Notes under the pieces: model-generated
What the model was told of the DNA's origin: nothing
Databases searched by the model: none
The model's input: only the letters and a program-made list of their open reading frames with translations
Translations under genes and position numbers: made by a program
Shown here: positions 49,001 through 57,438 of the stretch, piece after piece
Numbering within the stretch: position 1 is the stretch's first letter
How the letters are laid out: each line of letters begins with the position of its first letter
Source: Candidatus Latescibacterota bacterium
Lineage (GTDB): Bacteria; Latescibacterota; UBA2968; UBA8231
NCBI GenBank assembly: GCA_965217585.1
Contig: OZ244561.1
Location: 4,864,001 to 4,928,000, forward strand
DNA: 64,000 nt
Direction of reading: 5' to 3'

Positions 49001-49249
49001 CTGGTAGAGGGCGATTTCTTTGATCGGGGCCGCAACCTCGCCGACCGCGGCCTTGATCTCCGCTGTGTAGAGCAGCGGGCTTTCAATGGCATTGATGCGC
49101 TCGTAGGTTGCGATGGCTTGCTCGTAGTCCTCGGCGGCGTAGAATTTCTGTGCCTGCTTAAAAGAAGCTTGTATTTCGTCCGGGGTCGGTACGAAGTACG
49201 AGCCTACTACTAGACCCAGCAAAGTACCTACAATGAGCAGCGGTGTCAT
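46004..49249 (-). CDS. Giant TPR protein (YbgF/BamD-like repeats) with N-terminal anchor
   Basis: More than 20 repeats of the ..YP.S....ALY..G type; ATG 49249 after GAGAGG. Confidence 0.9.
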   Translation of the reverse strand: MTPLLIVGTLLGLVVGSYFVPTPDEIQASFKQAQKFYAAEDYEQAIATYERINAIESPLLYTAEIKAAVGEVAAPIKEIALYQTGNSYFKRAQESQRRAARARDPERQRQLAERTATDFVEAGAYFLKTEAQTTSPQMRELARNRLVNCLYASGDYQRTIAEGRAFVQKYPDSQYLDNALYNIGWAHFELGQYRESITAFEELGRHFPKGYRADRALFQIGEAYFLQQRYDQATFWYQEVVDRQDIDHLSERDLLKMRREKIAGLVDETALELAAKAQIKIGDCRAQSGDFAGAATAYSKVITAFAQEQKLVAEAYIRLADMYTQGGDDQAAVRTYREAIDGSRNRIFQASMQSLLAEHYYGLGNYQRAIAEYQLYLDAYGDVAKAAGLAPPWALYKIGRAHYERAEVQRQAAADDARLAYAQAIAAYERIAADYPSSELSLAATPFNIALCNQMLGTLGSAEHTVQALELYQEIVDADQDPDYVRSALFQLGRIHYQQENFKRAIAAYESILQKYSESPQRHGARFELALCYRDLGQPGRAVELFRQLDRTSNLFSKAMLETSNLLAAEGDFSGALEALEAGLEVSIAKNEQARLHYMKGRTLIETETFGAAVEALGRTIELADDDEVRRGALYGRGVSLLKLKRYQEATADLKALLHSDNEELAGAAQRMLGLAHLELGRDEEAIEDYRALVAAATDSVERAEHLVVLAELHYNLNEFDQVEAVCRRILSLDLPALRGEQPYFLQEKAYFLMGDAHASRGDTQALINTYQKALSRYPDSYYSADMRFALGQALFERDDLGGTVRVLETYLQKTPDHRNRPYALYYLGYAHFNLTQFEQAAAAFADLASAYPQSELAPDALFRAGEAHYNLGQFETAQAHYQQLLEMHPQADLADDALYNLAWSHLNMKRESQAIAALQSVVADYPGSALAANAQFTIGDFYYNEKEYDKALQAYQEVIRRFPSSPVAQKVPELIDDLREVVAYLRYAEVEAVFAQALEEQNPAQFRRAAAGFAEVARDYPGTESEIGALSNMGVCYESLGQWKDAVQVYDQVLSRLTDEQAEAHRFARMHKEWIEANRL

Positions 49250-49304
49250 AGGACCTCTCAAAGAAAGAGCACACCAGCACACCAAATTCTGCAGATTAGC
49301 CAAA

Positions 49305-49333
49305 ACTGTAAGAAAAGGCTAATGCGGTTGCAA
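49305..49333 (-). promoter_or_regulatory. Putative sigma70 promoter for the envelope operon
   Basis: TTGCAA-17 nt-TACAGT on the minus strand, about 55 nt upstream of ATG 49249. Confidence 0.4.
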
Positions 49334-49602
49334 GTATTTCTCTATGCGGTTTGGTAACGGGTTTTTTACGCCATGAGAGGAAACGGGGCAGATGTTCCTT
49401 TGGCATGTTGCTAGAGGCGAAGTATATTATCGGCCGTGCGCTGGAGCGGCTAAATTTGCACGGCCCTGCGCGTCCTATTCGAGTCTATGAGCCGCACAAA
49501 CTCATTGCGGGAGGCATGCGTTATGGAAACCCTATTAGCCGGCGGCATCCTGATGATTCCCTTGGGCCTGTGCGCCGTCCTCTCACTAGCATTCATTCTA
49601 GA

Positions 49603-50673
49603 TAGGACTTACGCAGTTGGATAGTTTAGGATAAGATAGAAGCTACTCCCCCTCCGCCGCGAGCCAGTCCGATGAACCCAGCCAAGTGTGCAGACCACGA
49701 CTACATCCACTTCCTGATCGCCGCTCAGTGCGCCTTCAGTTGTACTGAGGCCGCCCGCTGTCATCCTGAAGGGGGCCCTACGCCATCCCATGACGCCTTC
49801 ACGCGCCTGCTCACAAGACAGCCTCCCGATACCGAGGCGTTGTGGCGAGAGACGCAGGGACTGGTCACCCTTCAGGGCGGCGTGTTGGCTCTGGACGATT
49901 CCACCTTGGACAAGCCCTATGCCAAGCGGATCGAACTGGTGACGCGCCATTGGAGCGGCAAACATCACCGGGTGGTCTTGGGCATCAATCTCATAAGTAT
50001 GGTCTGGTCGGACGGCCTCGCTTGCATTCCCTGCGACTTCCGCGTCTATGACAAGCCGATCGGGGGCCACAACAAGAACGAGCACTTCCGGGCGATGCTG
50101 GCCAGTGCCCAAGCGCGCGGCTTTCAGCCCGAGTGCGTGGTGTTCGATAGCTGGTATGCTTCCCTCGACAACCTCAAGCGGATTCGCGCCTACGATTGGT
50201 CTTGGCTGACGCGCCTCAAGGCCAACAGACAGGTCAACCCCGATGGGAGCGGCAACGTGGCGATCGGCTCTGTTGCCATCGAACCGGAAGGCCGGCGGGT
50301 GCATCTCAAGGGCTATGGGTTCATCCAGGTGTTTCGGACGGTCTCGGCAAACGGAGACGCGCAATACTGGGCAACCAACGACCTGGAGATGGCTGTCAGC
50401 CAGTTTGAGGCGTGGTCCAAGCGGGCGTGGTCCATTGAGACCTACCACCGAGGCCTCAAGCAGTGTTGCGGCGTCGAGCAGGCGCAGGTTCGGTCGGCAC
50501 GGGCGCAGATGAACCATATCGCGTTGTCGATTCGCGCCTTCGTGCGGTTGGAGGTGCATAGACTCCAAACCGGTGTCAGTTGGTATGAAGCCAAAAGGAA
50601 CATCATCCGAGAGGCTGTCCGGCTGTATCTGCAACGACCACTGCACAGGCTCAACTCAACTGCGTAAGTCCTA
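49603..50673 (+). mobile_element. IS701-family insertion sequence (1071 bp)
   Basis: Perfect 17-bp TIRs TAGGACTTACGCAGTTG (49603-49619 / 50657-50673), flanked by 5-bp direct repeat CTAGA (49598-49602, 50674-50678). Confidence 0.93.
49672..50667 (+). CDS. IS701-family DDE transposase
   Basis: SHDAFTRLL, LALDDSTLDKPY, VFDSWY, WSIETYHRGLKQCCG; stop codon lies within the right TIR. Confidence 0.92.
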   Translation: MNPAKCADHDYIHFLIAAQCAFSCTEAARCHPEGGPTPSHDAFTRLLTRQPPDTEALWRETQGLVTLQGGVLALDDSTLDKPYAKRIELVTRHWSGKHHRVVLGINLISMVWSDGLACIPCDFRVYDKPIGGHNKNEHFRAMLASAQARGFQPECVVFDSWYASLDNLKRIRAYDWSWLTRLKANRQVNPDGSGNVAIGSVAIEPEGRRVHLKGYGFIQVFRTVSANGDAQYWATNDLEMAVSQFEAWSKRAWSIETYHRGLKQCCGVEQAQVRSARAQMNHIALSIRAFVRLEVHRLQTGVSWYEAKRNIIREAVRLYLQRPLHRLNSTA

Positions 50674-51344
50674 CTAGAAAGGGTCTGGGTACTCAGTCGT
50701 ATTCCCGGCGAGCAGGCCGCCCAACAGACTCTAGAAGAGGCGGAAAGAGCCTTAGCGGATCGGGGGCAAGAAGCTGCCGCCCAGTACTGCGCCGACCACA
50801 AAGGCCCTCTGTGTTTTATTTTTGCCTCCTTGCTCAAGCGCTTTGACACCCTCATGCTCGAACGCCGCGAATTCCGTCCCACCAACGAACGCCTAGCCCG
50901 CTTGGCTGGACAGGCCGGTGCCGGAGACCTCTCCCGCTTTATGCTCGAGCAAAAGGAACTTTCCGACCTCAAGGACGATCTCGTGCTGGAGACGGACGAA
51001 GCCGGCAAGGTCTATCTAAGTCGCTACCTAGTGGTGCTCAATACCATCGGCAATATCTCGCCGTTGCTGGGTCTGTTCGGCACCATCCTCGGCATGATCA
51101 CCTCCTTCAAGGCCATTGCCGTAGCCGGCACGGGCGATCCCAAGGTGGTGGCCAGCGGCATTTCGCAGGCCTTGGTCACTACGGCCACGGGGCTGGCGAT
51201 CGCCATCCCCACCATCGTGGCCTACCGCTCGCTGGCCCGGCGCGCCGACCACCACCGCAGCCGTCTCGAAGTCTATGGTCTGGCTTTCGTCAACACCTTG
51301 TTGGTGGTCGGTCAGGAGCAATTGGACGGGGAGGCAGCTGGCTG

Positions 51345-51764
51345 ATGGCGCTGGTGCTTGGCCGCAAACGAGAAAGCCTGACCAGAGAGGAAGGCCCGGA
51401 TCTGACGCCGCTGATCGACTGCGTTTTCCTGCTGCTCATTTTCTTCATGGTCACCACCGTCTTCATCCACTCCAAGGGACTAGACGTGGATCTTCCGGCC
51501 CAGAGCCAGTCGACGGAACAGCAGGAGAAGAAAGACATCAATATCCACATCGACGCCCAAGGACGCATCCAGATCGGCGGCGAGGACGTGGTGCCCAAGG
51601 CCTTGGTCGAGCGGATCCAGCGGGCAATGAAAGAGGCCAACAACGATAACATCATCATCCAGGGACACGTCGATGTTGCCCAAGAGCACGTGGTCTTGGT
51701 GGTGGATGCGGCCAAAGCGGCTGATGTCGCTGGTATAGCTTTCGCCAAAGAGGAGGCCCTCTAG
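51345..51764 (+). CDS. exbD: ExbD/TolR biopolymer transport protein 1
   Basis: LTPLIDCVFLLLIFFMVTT transmembrane motif with the essential Asp; VDLP. Confidence 0.92.
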   Translation: MALVLGRKRESLTREEGPDLTPLIDCVFLLLIFFMVTTVFIHSKGLDVDLPAQSQSTEQQEKKDINIHIDAQGRIQIGGEDVVPKALVERIQRAMKEANNDNIIIQGHVDVAQEHVVLVVDAAKAADVAGIAFAKEEAL

Positions 51765-52180
51765 TGATGCAGCGGACATCCATATTGGAAGACCCAGAGG
51801 ATGAAAACCTCAACCTGACGCCGCTGATCGACTGCGTTTTTCTGCTGCTCATTTTCTTCATGGTCACCACTGTTTTTAAGCAGCCCTATAGTCTGCAGGT
51901 GGAGTTGCCCCAGGCCCGTCAGGCTACCATCGTCGAAGAGAAGAAATTGGTGGCCTCGATCGACAAGATGGGTGCCATGGAGCTCAACCGCCAGCTAGTG
52001 AGTATGGCAAAACTTCCAACGTTGCTCGCCCGCGAGAAAGAGACGACCCGCAGTTTGACGTTGATCATTCGCACGGACAAGAAGACCCGGCACGGTCTTG
52101 TGCTCGAGGTCATGGAGATTGCCAAGCGGCTCGACGTCGACAAGGTCGTTTTGGCCACCGAAGAGGAAGGGGAAATCTGA
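51764..52180 (+). CDS. exbD: ExbD/TolR biopolymer transport protein 2
   Basis: NLTPLIDCVFLLLIFFMVTT, VELPQA, IRTDK..HG.V.EVM. Confidence 0.92.
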   Translation: MMQRTSILEDPEDENLNLTPLIDCVFLLLIFFMVTTVFKQPYSLQVELPQARQATIVEEKKLVASIDKMGAMELNRQLVSMAKLPTLLAREKETTRSLTLIIRTDKKTRHGLVLEVMEIAKRLDVDKVVLATEEEGEI

Positions 52181-52211
52181 GCAGCTTCTGAAGCGATCAA
52201 CAGGAACCCCC

Positions 52212-52955
52212 ATGCGCTATCTCATCGCCATCCTTTGCCTAGTCTTGGCCGCTTCCGCCGCTCCCGCCGAGGATGCCCTGCCACACCACACGATCCTCCG
52301 CGCCGCCGGGTCTATCGCCGTGGACGGCCACCTCGACGAGCCTTCTTGGGGGGCCGCCCAAGTCATCGACCAGTTCGCTTTTCCTTGGTGGACTGAAGGG
52401 GCCAAGGATCGCACCGAAGCTCGCTTGCTGTGGGACGATGACCATCTGTACGTCGCCTTCACCGCGCACGATCCGCACATTTCGGCGACCCTGACCAAGC
52501 GCGACAGCCCGGTATCGCGCGACGATTGCGTCGAGGTATTCATCGCCCCAGACACCAGCCAAGTCACCAGCTATTTCAACTTTGAGTTCAACGCCTTGGG
52601 CACGATTCTGGACCGCTCGCCGCACGCCGATCGTTCGTCCTCATGGAACGGCGAGGGCGTGCAGGTGGCCATCGACATCGAGGGCACACTCAACCAAGAG
52701 ACGGATCAGGACACGCTCTGGACCGCTGAAATCGCCCTTCCCTTTGCCGTTTTCGACCCGTACGCCCCCCACCTGCCCCCGACCGCCGGCGACGTGTGGC
52801 GACTCAACCTGTACCGCACGGGCGGTGCGGTCAATCTGCAGTACATCACTTGGTCTAATACCTTGACGCCCAAGCCGCAATTCCACCTGCCCCAGCGCTT
52901 TGGGGTAGTGCATTTCGACGGCCGGCCGGTATTGAGCCAAGACGAAGCCGAGTAG
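52212..52955 (+). CDS. Secreted CBM9-like / DOMON-like carbohydrate-binding protein
   Basis: Signal peptide; IAVDGHLDEPSW, LLWDDDHLYVAF, DCVEVFI, WTAEIALPF, WRLNLYR, FHLPQRFG. Confidence 0.85.
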   Translation: MRYLIAILCLVLAASAAPAEDALPHHTILRAAGSIAVDGHLDEPSWGAAQVIDQFAFPWWTEGAKDRTEARLLWDDDHLYVAFTAHDPHISATLTKRDSPVSRDDCVEVFIAPDTSQVTSYFNFEFNALGTILDRSPHADRSSSWNGEGVQVAIDIEGTLNQETDQDTLWTAEIALPFAVFDPYAPHLPPTAGDVWRLNLYRTGGAVNLQYITWSNTLTPKPQFHLPQRFGVVHFDGRPVLSQDEAE

Positions 52956-52990
52956 GAAAACGCGGTTAGCCGCGCTCTCAGCAAACGGTC

Positions 52991-54472
52991 GTGCTTCTAG
53001 TGATCTATCGCGTCCTACTGCTCGCGCTGTTCGCGTCCTGCGAACCCGCAAAAGAAGCGCCGCTCGTCCTCTACGAGAGCCCGCATGGACTGGTGGTGTT
53101 GAAGGCAGCGCGGGTCGATTTTGCGGCAGAGGGTGAAGAGGCGGCTGCGGCGCGGGCGCACTTTGCTACTGGCGAAGATTATCTAGACGAGGGACGTTGC
53201 GGTGCGGCGGCTGTGAACTATTTGCAGGCCGCTGCGAGGCGACCTTCACCAGCGGTCTGGCTCAATGCGGGGGTCGCGCTGCTGTGCGATGGCGAGTATG
53301 AAAGGGCCGAAGAGGCGCTGGCCAAGGGTCTGGATCTTTCTAAGGCTGCGGCGCGGGAAGATGTTCAAGCCGCTTTGCTGGGCAATCTGGGCCAGGCCCA
53401 TCAGCGCCTAGGGCGTCTCGACTCGGCGTTGGTGGCCTATCAAGGTGCGGTGGCGCTGCATCGGCAGAACGGCTTTGCCGCTGGCGAGGCCCAAGCGCTG
53501 GGCGATTTGGGCGCGGCCTATTTCATGGAGGGTGATCCAGAGCAGGCGCTCGGTTTCCTAAAGCAGGCCCGGGATGGACACCGGCGGATCAGTGATCGCC
53601 TTGGGCTGGCGAGAGATCTCGACCGCATCGGCACGGTTTTCTTCGTTCGGGGCACGGCGGATTCGGCACTGGCGGCCTTCGCGGAGGCGCTGGTGCTCTA
53701 CCGGGACGAGGGGTATCTGCGCGGCCAGGCTGGCGGCCTGACGAATATCGGCAATATCCACCTAGACCAGAGCAGACTCGATTCGGCGCACTTTTATTTT
53801 TCCGCAGGGCTGGCCGTTCTCGAGCGCCTAGCCGATGATGCGGCCCGCGCAACCCAGCTAGCGCGGATTGGACAAATCTACCAGCAGCAGGACGATCTAG
53901 AGGCGGCGATGAAGATGTACGTCGCCCACGGCCATCCGCGCGGTCGAGCCGTCCAGTCGAGCAAGATCGGTCAAGTGCTGCAAAAGCAGGGTCGTCTAGA
54001 CGAGGCGATAAAAGCCCATCGCGCGGCCTTGGCACTGTACCGAGAATTCGATCTCTACGCCGAGGGAGCAACCCAGCTCGACTACATCGGCCACATCTAT
54101 TTCCGCCAGGGCAAAATCGACGAGGCGCTCGCCTCCTTCGAGAACGCCCTGCACGTCTTCACGCAGGCGGGCAACCGCCAAGGCGAGGCCGCGCAGTTGA
54201 GCAATATCGGCAATATCTACTTCGAGCAGGGCCGCTTGGATAAGGCGCTCAAGGCATTTGGCGACGCCCTGCACGTTTTTCAGTTGATCGGGCATCGGCA
54301 GGGGGCGGCGCAGAGTTTGGGCAATATCGGGTTGGTGTACCACAAGAAGGGCGAGCGGACGCGGGCGCTGGAGGCGTTGCAACAGGCGCGTGCTGCGTAT
54401 GCCGAGATTGGGGTGCGGAGCGAGGGACGGCGGACGGTGGAGGAGGCGATCCGATCAATCGAGGGGCGTTAG
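52991..54472 (+). CDS. TPR repeat (lipo)protein
   Basis: FASC lipobox; about 40-aa repeats G.A..L.NIG.IY..QG..D.AL. Confidence 0.85.
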   Translation: MLLVIYRVLLLALFASCEPAKEAPLVLYESPHGLVVLKAARVDFAAEGEEAAAARAHFATGEDYLDEGRCGAAAVNYLQAAARRPSPAVWLNAGVALLCDGEYERAEEALAKGLDLSKAAAREDVQAALLGNLGQAHQRLGRLDSALVAYQGAVALHRQNGFAAGEAQALGDLGAAYFMEGDPEQALGFLKQARDGHRRISDRLGLARDLDRIGTVFFVRGTADSALAAFAEALVLYRDEGYLRGQAGGLTNIGNIHLDQSRLDSAHFYFSAGLAVLERLADDAARATQLARIGQIYQQQDDLEAAMKMYVAHGHPRGRAVQSSKIGQVLQKQGRLDEAIKAHRAALALYREFDLYAEGATQLDYIGHIYFRQGKIDEALASFENALHVFTQAGNRQGEAAQLSNIGNIYFEQGRLDKALKAFGDALHVFQLIGHRQGAAQSLGNIGLVYHKKGERTRALEALQQARAAYAEIGVRSEGRRTVEEAIRSIEGR

Positions 54473-54475
54473 GGA

Positions 54476-54940
54476 CTAATGGGCAGAGGAGGAGAGGGAG
54501 AGGCGGTTGAGGTGGATCGGGATGGGCGCGGCGTCTCCTTCGCGGATGTGGACGATCTGATCCATGGCGAGGTTGTAGAATCGCTGCTTTTGCCCCGTTG
54601 TCGGCCAAGTAACTTCCACAAAAAGAAGCGTATCGGCGCTGCCTAAACCGATCTCCTGTTGTAGGCTCGACGCGCCGAAGCTGCCGCCCGAGCCGACGGT
54701 GGCGTAGATGTCGCGGAGCGCGCCCTTTTCGCGGATGCGAGCTTGGATACGGGTGCCCAAGGCATCTCTGCTGGACTGGACGCCTTCGAGGCGGAGGTTT
54801 TGATAGAAGCGGGGCTTTTCTGCGGTCGAGGGCCGGCTCAGATAGACTGCGGCGATATCATCGGGGTCTTCGCTGTGGTAGCCAGCGACGAAGAGGTCGA
54901 GGTCGCCGTCGTTGTCGTAGTCCCAAAACCAAGTGGGGAA
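54476..54940 (-). pseudogene. Remnant of a CRTAC1/ASPIC-UnbV gene (5' truncated, internally deleted)
   Basis: FPTWFWDYDNDGDLDLFV..PRFYQNL is fused directly to RLEGVQSSRDALGTRI..GGSFGAS..IGLG..VTWP; no start codon or signal peptide. Confidence 0.8.
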
Positions 54941-55601
54941 CGACGAGTTGGACCGCCTCTACTTCGTCTTTGACCGCTTCGACGATCTATGGGATCGCGA
55001 TGCCGGCGGCGTGGGTGGCGCTGGCGGCGACGACAGCTTTGAGATCAACCTAGACGCCAATCACGGCGGCGACGTCTCGTGGTTTGGTGCCGACGATTTC
55101 GATACCGAGGAGGAAGTGCTGCGCAACCGGGGTCGCTTCAACCAGATGAGCCACTACCGCTGGCCGCCGCTGGAGCCGATCGGCTGGAACTGGCTTTGGG
55201 CCTCCAGTGCCACTTGGCACGACGTCGAGCCCTATTCGTGCTGTGGCGACTCCTTCAATCTCAACGGCGCGCACTCCACCGAGGCGACCTTCCAGGTCGA
55301 GTGGTGGACCGTGGGCTGGGACGACTTCGACCACGCGTCGCCTGAAAACAGCATCCTGCACGCCTTTAGCGAAAACGATATCGTCGGCTTGGGTATCGCG
55401 ATCATCGACAACGATGTGGGCACCGACAACGACACCGACCGCCGCTTCGCCGCCTGGCGCATGGGCGGCGCGCGCTGCGGCAACGGCGACGGCAAGTGCA
55501 TCACCGACTTCATCCTGCTGCCGGCGCAGATGGATCTTTTGCCAACCGCTGTCGAGAACGATAGCTGGGGCCACATCAAGGCTTCGTACATGCAGCAGTA
55601 G
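54933..55601 (+). pseudogene. 5'-truncated secreted CBM9-like protein with TAVE..SWG.IK tail
   Basis: Begins mid-domain (NDELDRLYFVFDRFDD) with no RBS or signal peptide; ends PTAVENDSWGHIKASY. Confidence 0.65.
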
Positions 55602-55634
55602 CTGGCCCGGTAGTTTGCGGCGCGGGTTTGACCT

Positions 55635-55674
55635 AGGGAGGTAGATCGATTGCGATCTGCCTCCCTTGTTTTTT
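55635..55674 (+). terminator. Rho-independent terminator
   Basis: AGGGAGGTAGATCG-ATTG-CGATCTGCCTCCCT followed by TGTTTTTT. Confidence 0.8.
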
Positions 55675-55677
55675 AGA

Positions 55678-55706
55678 TCCGCAGATGGACGCAGATGGAC
55701 GCAGAA
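55678..55706 (+). repeat. Short tandem repeat (CGCAGATGGA)x2.6
   Basis: TCCGCAGATGGACGCAGATGGACGCAGA directly after the terminator. Confidence 0.6.
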
Positions 55707-55762
55707 TAGTAGAAACAAGACGATCCGCAGCTCGAATCGTTCAAGTCATTCAGGATTGCTAT

Positions 55763-57418
55763 ATGACGCGGAGAAAAATTCTCGCTCTGTTGGCGTTTTT
55801 CGCCTGCATCAGCGCCGTGTATGCCCTCGCCGAGCGGCAGACGCGGAGGATACAGGCGACCGAGGCGGAGCTGAGTATCGACTGGGATGCGGTCGTCGAT
55901 GACCCGGAGGAGCGGCTCGAGATCTCTTGGATGAGCATCCCGCGCCATCCCACCGCGCGCGAGGGCACCTGGATCGAAAAGCGGCTCGAAGCGCGGTTCA
56001 ACGTCGATTTCAAGCCGCTGTTTACTAGTCATTTTGCCTATATGCGGCGTCGGCCGCTGGTCTTTGCCGGCGGCAATGTGCCCGATTTGTTCTACGCTGG
56101 CGATCCGGTCGTGGTGCAAAAGGACGCTCACCACGGCTATGCACTGCCCATTCCCTACGAGGTCATCCAAAAACACGCGCCCAACTACGTGCGCTATCTC
56201 AACCAGTACGCGCCCTCGACGTGGCTATACGCCTACTGGAAGGGGGCCAACTACGGCATTCCCACTTGGGGCAGCAGCTTGGGCTATCCGGTGCCGGGGA
56301 TCTGGAGAATGGACTGGCTGCGCAACGTCGGTATCGACAAGGTGCCGGCAACCCTCGACGAGATGTACACGGCGCTGTGGAAGTTTCGCCACGAGGACCC
56401 GGATGGCAATGGGATACAAGACACCTACGGCATGTGTCCCAATGCGCAGGCTTGGTTCAATGTCTTCGGCGAGGTCTTCGGGGCCTACGGGATCGTGCCG
56501 CACGGCTGGATGCTGCGCGACGGCGAGGTCGTGTGGGGCGGGACTCGGCCCGAGGTCAAAGAGATACTGGGGCTTTTGCGCAAGTGGTACGACGACGGGC
56601 TGATTGACCCCGACTTTGCGATCGGCCAAATCAAGAGCAGCCCGATGCCCTACCAAAAATTCGTCAGCGGCAAGACGGGTTATCTCTTCGGCCAGGGCAG
56701 CTACGGTAGCTTTGACAAGTACAACAAGGCGTCGTTGGTGTCGGTCATTGCCGAATTGCAGCCGGGTGCCGAGGTGGTGGTCGGGCCGTTCCCGGCCGGC
56801 CCGGAAGGCATCCGGGGAGGACGGGTGTGGAGCACGGCTGCCCATGTCTTCGTCTTCGGCAAGCAGGTGGCGGCGGCACCTGAGAAGGTCGTGCGGATGC
56901 TCAAAATTTTCGAGGCGCTAGCTGTTGAGGAAAAGCTCTTTGTCGAGGTGCGGATGGGCCAGCGGGGCGTGCATTGGGAGTTCGACGCTGAGCGCGGCCT
57001 GTACCATCTGCCGCCCTACGACGACCGCAATGTCGCTAGCAAGCATCTGACCACGTTGAGCGTCGATGGTCCGGGTGGCTTTTTCGCGCCCTGTGGGGTC
57101 CGGCCTGCCATTGCCGACAAGTATCTGCCGACGGCGATGCTGCGGCACCGCGAACGCTATCAGCGCTCCGAGTGGGCGCAGGCCGGCCTTTTCGGCAAGC
57201 CGGACGTGGTGCCCTCGTCGATCAAGCATCTGCGCGATCTGCGCAACTTGCAGATGACGGCCTACGCCGAGATCGTGCGCGGCGAGCGCGACATTGACTA
57301 TTTCGACGCTTTTGTGGCCGAGTGGATGGAACGGGGTGGGGCGGAGATGACCCAAGAGGCGCGGGAAATCTACAAGGAGCGCGCGGAGATTTACAGGAAG
57401 GTAGGGGCTGCACCGTAG
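55763..57418 (+). CDS. ABC transporter extracellular solute-binding protein (family 1, LplA-like)
   Basis: Signal peptide; YGIP, RMDWLRNVG..P.TLDE, DPDGNGIQDTYG, WYDDGLIDPD, FDAFVAEW..GG. Confidence 0.85.
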   Translation: MTRRKILALLAFFACISAVYALAERQTRRIQATEAELSIDWDAVVDDPEERLEISWMSIPRHPTAREGTWIEKRLEARFNVDFKPLFTSHFAYMRRRPLVFAGGNVPDLFYAGDPVVVQKDAHHGYALPIPYEVIQKHAPNYVRYLNQYAPSTWLYAYWKGANYGIPTWGSSLGYPVPGIWRMDWLRNVGIDKVPATLDEMYTALWKFRHEDPDGNGIQDTYGMCPNAQAWFNVFGEVFGAYGIVPHGWMLRDGEVVWGGTRPEVKEILGLLRKWYDDGLIDPDFAIGQIKSSPMPYQKFVSGKTGYLFGQGSYGSFDKYNKASLVSVIAELQPGAEVVVGPFPAGPEGIRGGRVWSTAAHVFVFGKQVAAAPEKVVRMLKIFEALAVEEKLFVEVRMGQRGVHWEFDAERGLYHLPPYDDRNVASKHLTTLSVDGPGGFFAPCGVRPAIADKYLPTAMLRHRERYQRSEWAQAGLFGKPDVVPSSIKHLRDLRNLQMTAYAEIVRGERDIDYFDAFVAEWMERGGAEMTQEAREIYKERAEIYRKVGAAP

Positions 57419-57438
57419 GGGCGTTCCTCATGGGCGCG

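Larger units (their letters stand above)
49523..51345 (+). pseudogene. exbB: MotA/TolQ/ExbB proton channel interrupted by an IS
   Basis: METLLAGGILMIPLGLCAVLSLAFIL| (49523-49602) rejoins in frame to ERVWVLSR..SPLLGLFGTILGMI..GISQALVTTATGLAIAIP once 49603-50678 is removed. Confidence 0.92.

Noticed and set aside
49400-49420. Sigma54 promoter (TTGGCATGTTGCT) before exbB
   Set aside because: GG and GC are not at the required -24/-12 spacing.
49351-49605. 84-aa ORF upstream of the IS
   Set aside because: The real coding frame is the exbB N-terminus starting at ATG 49523 in another frame.
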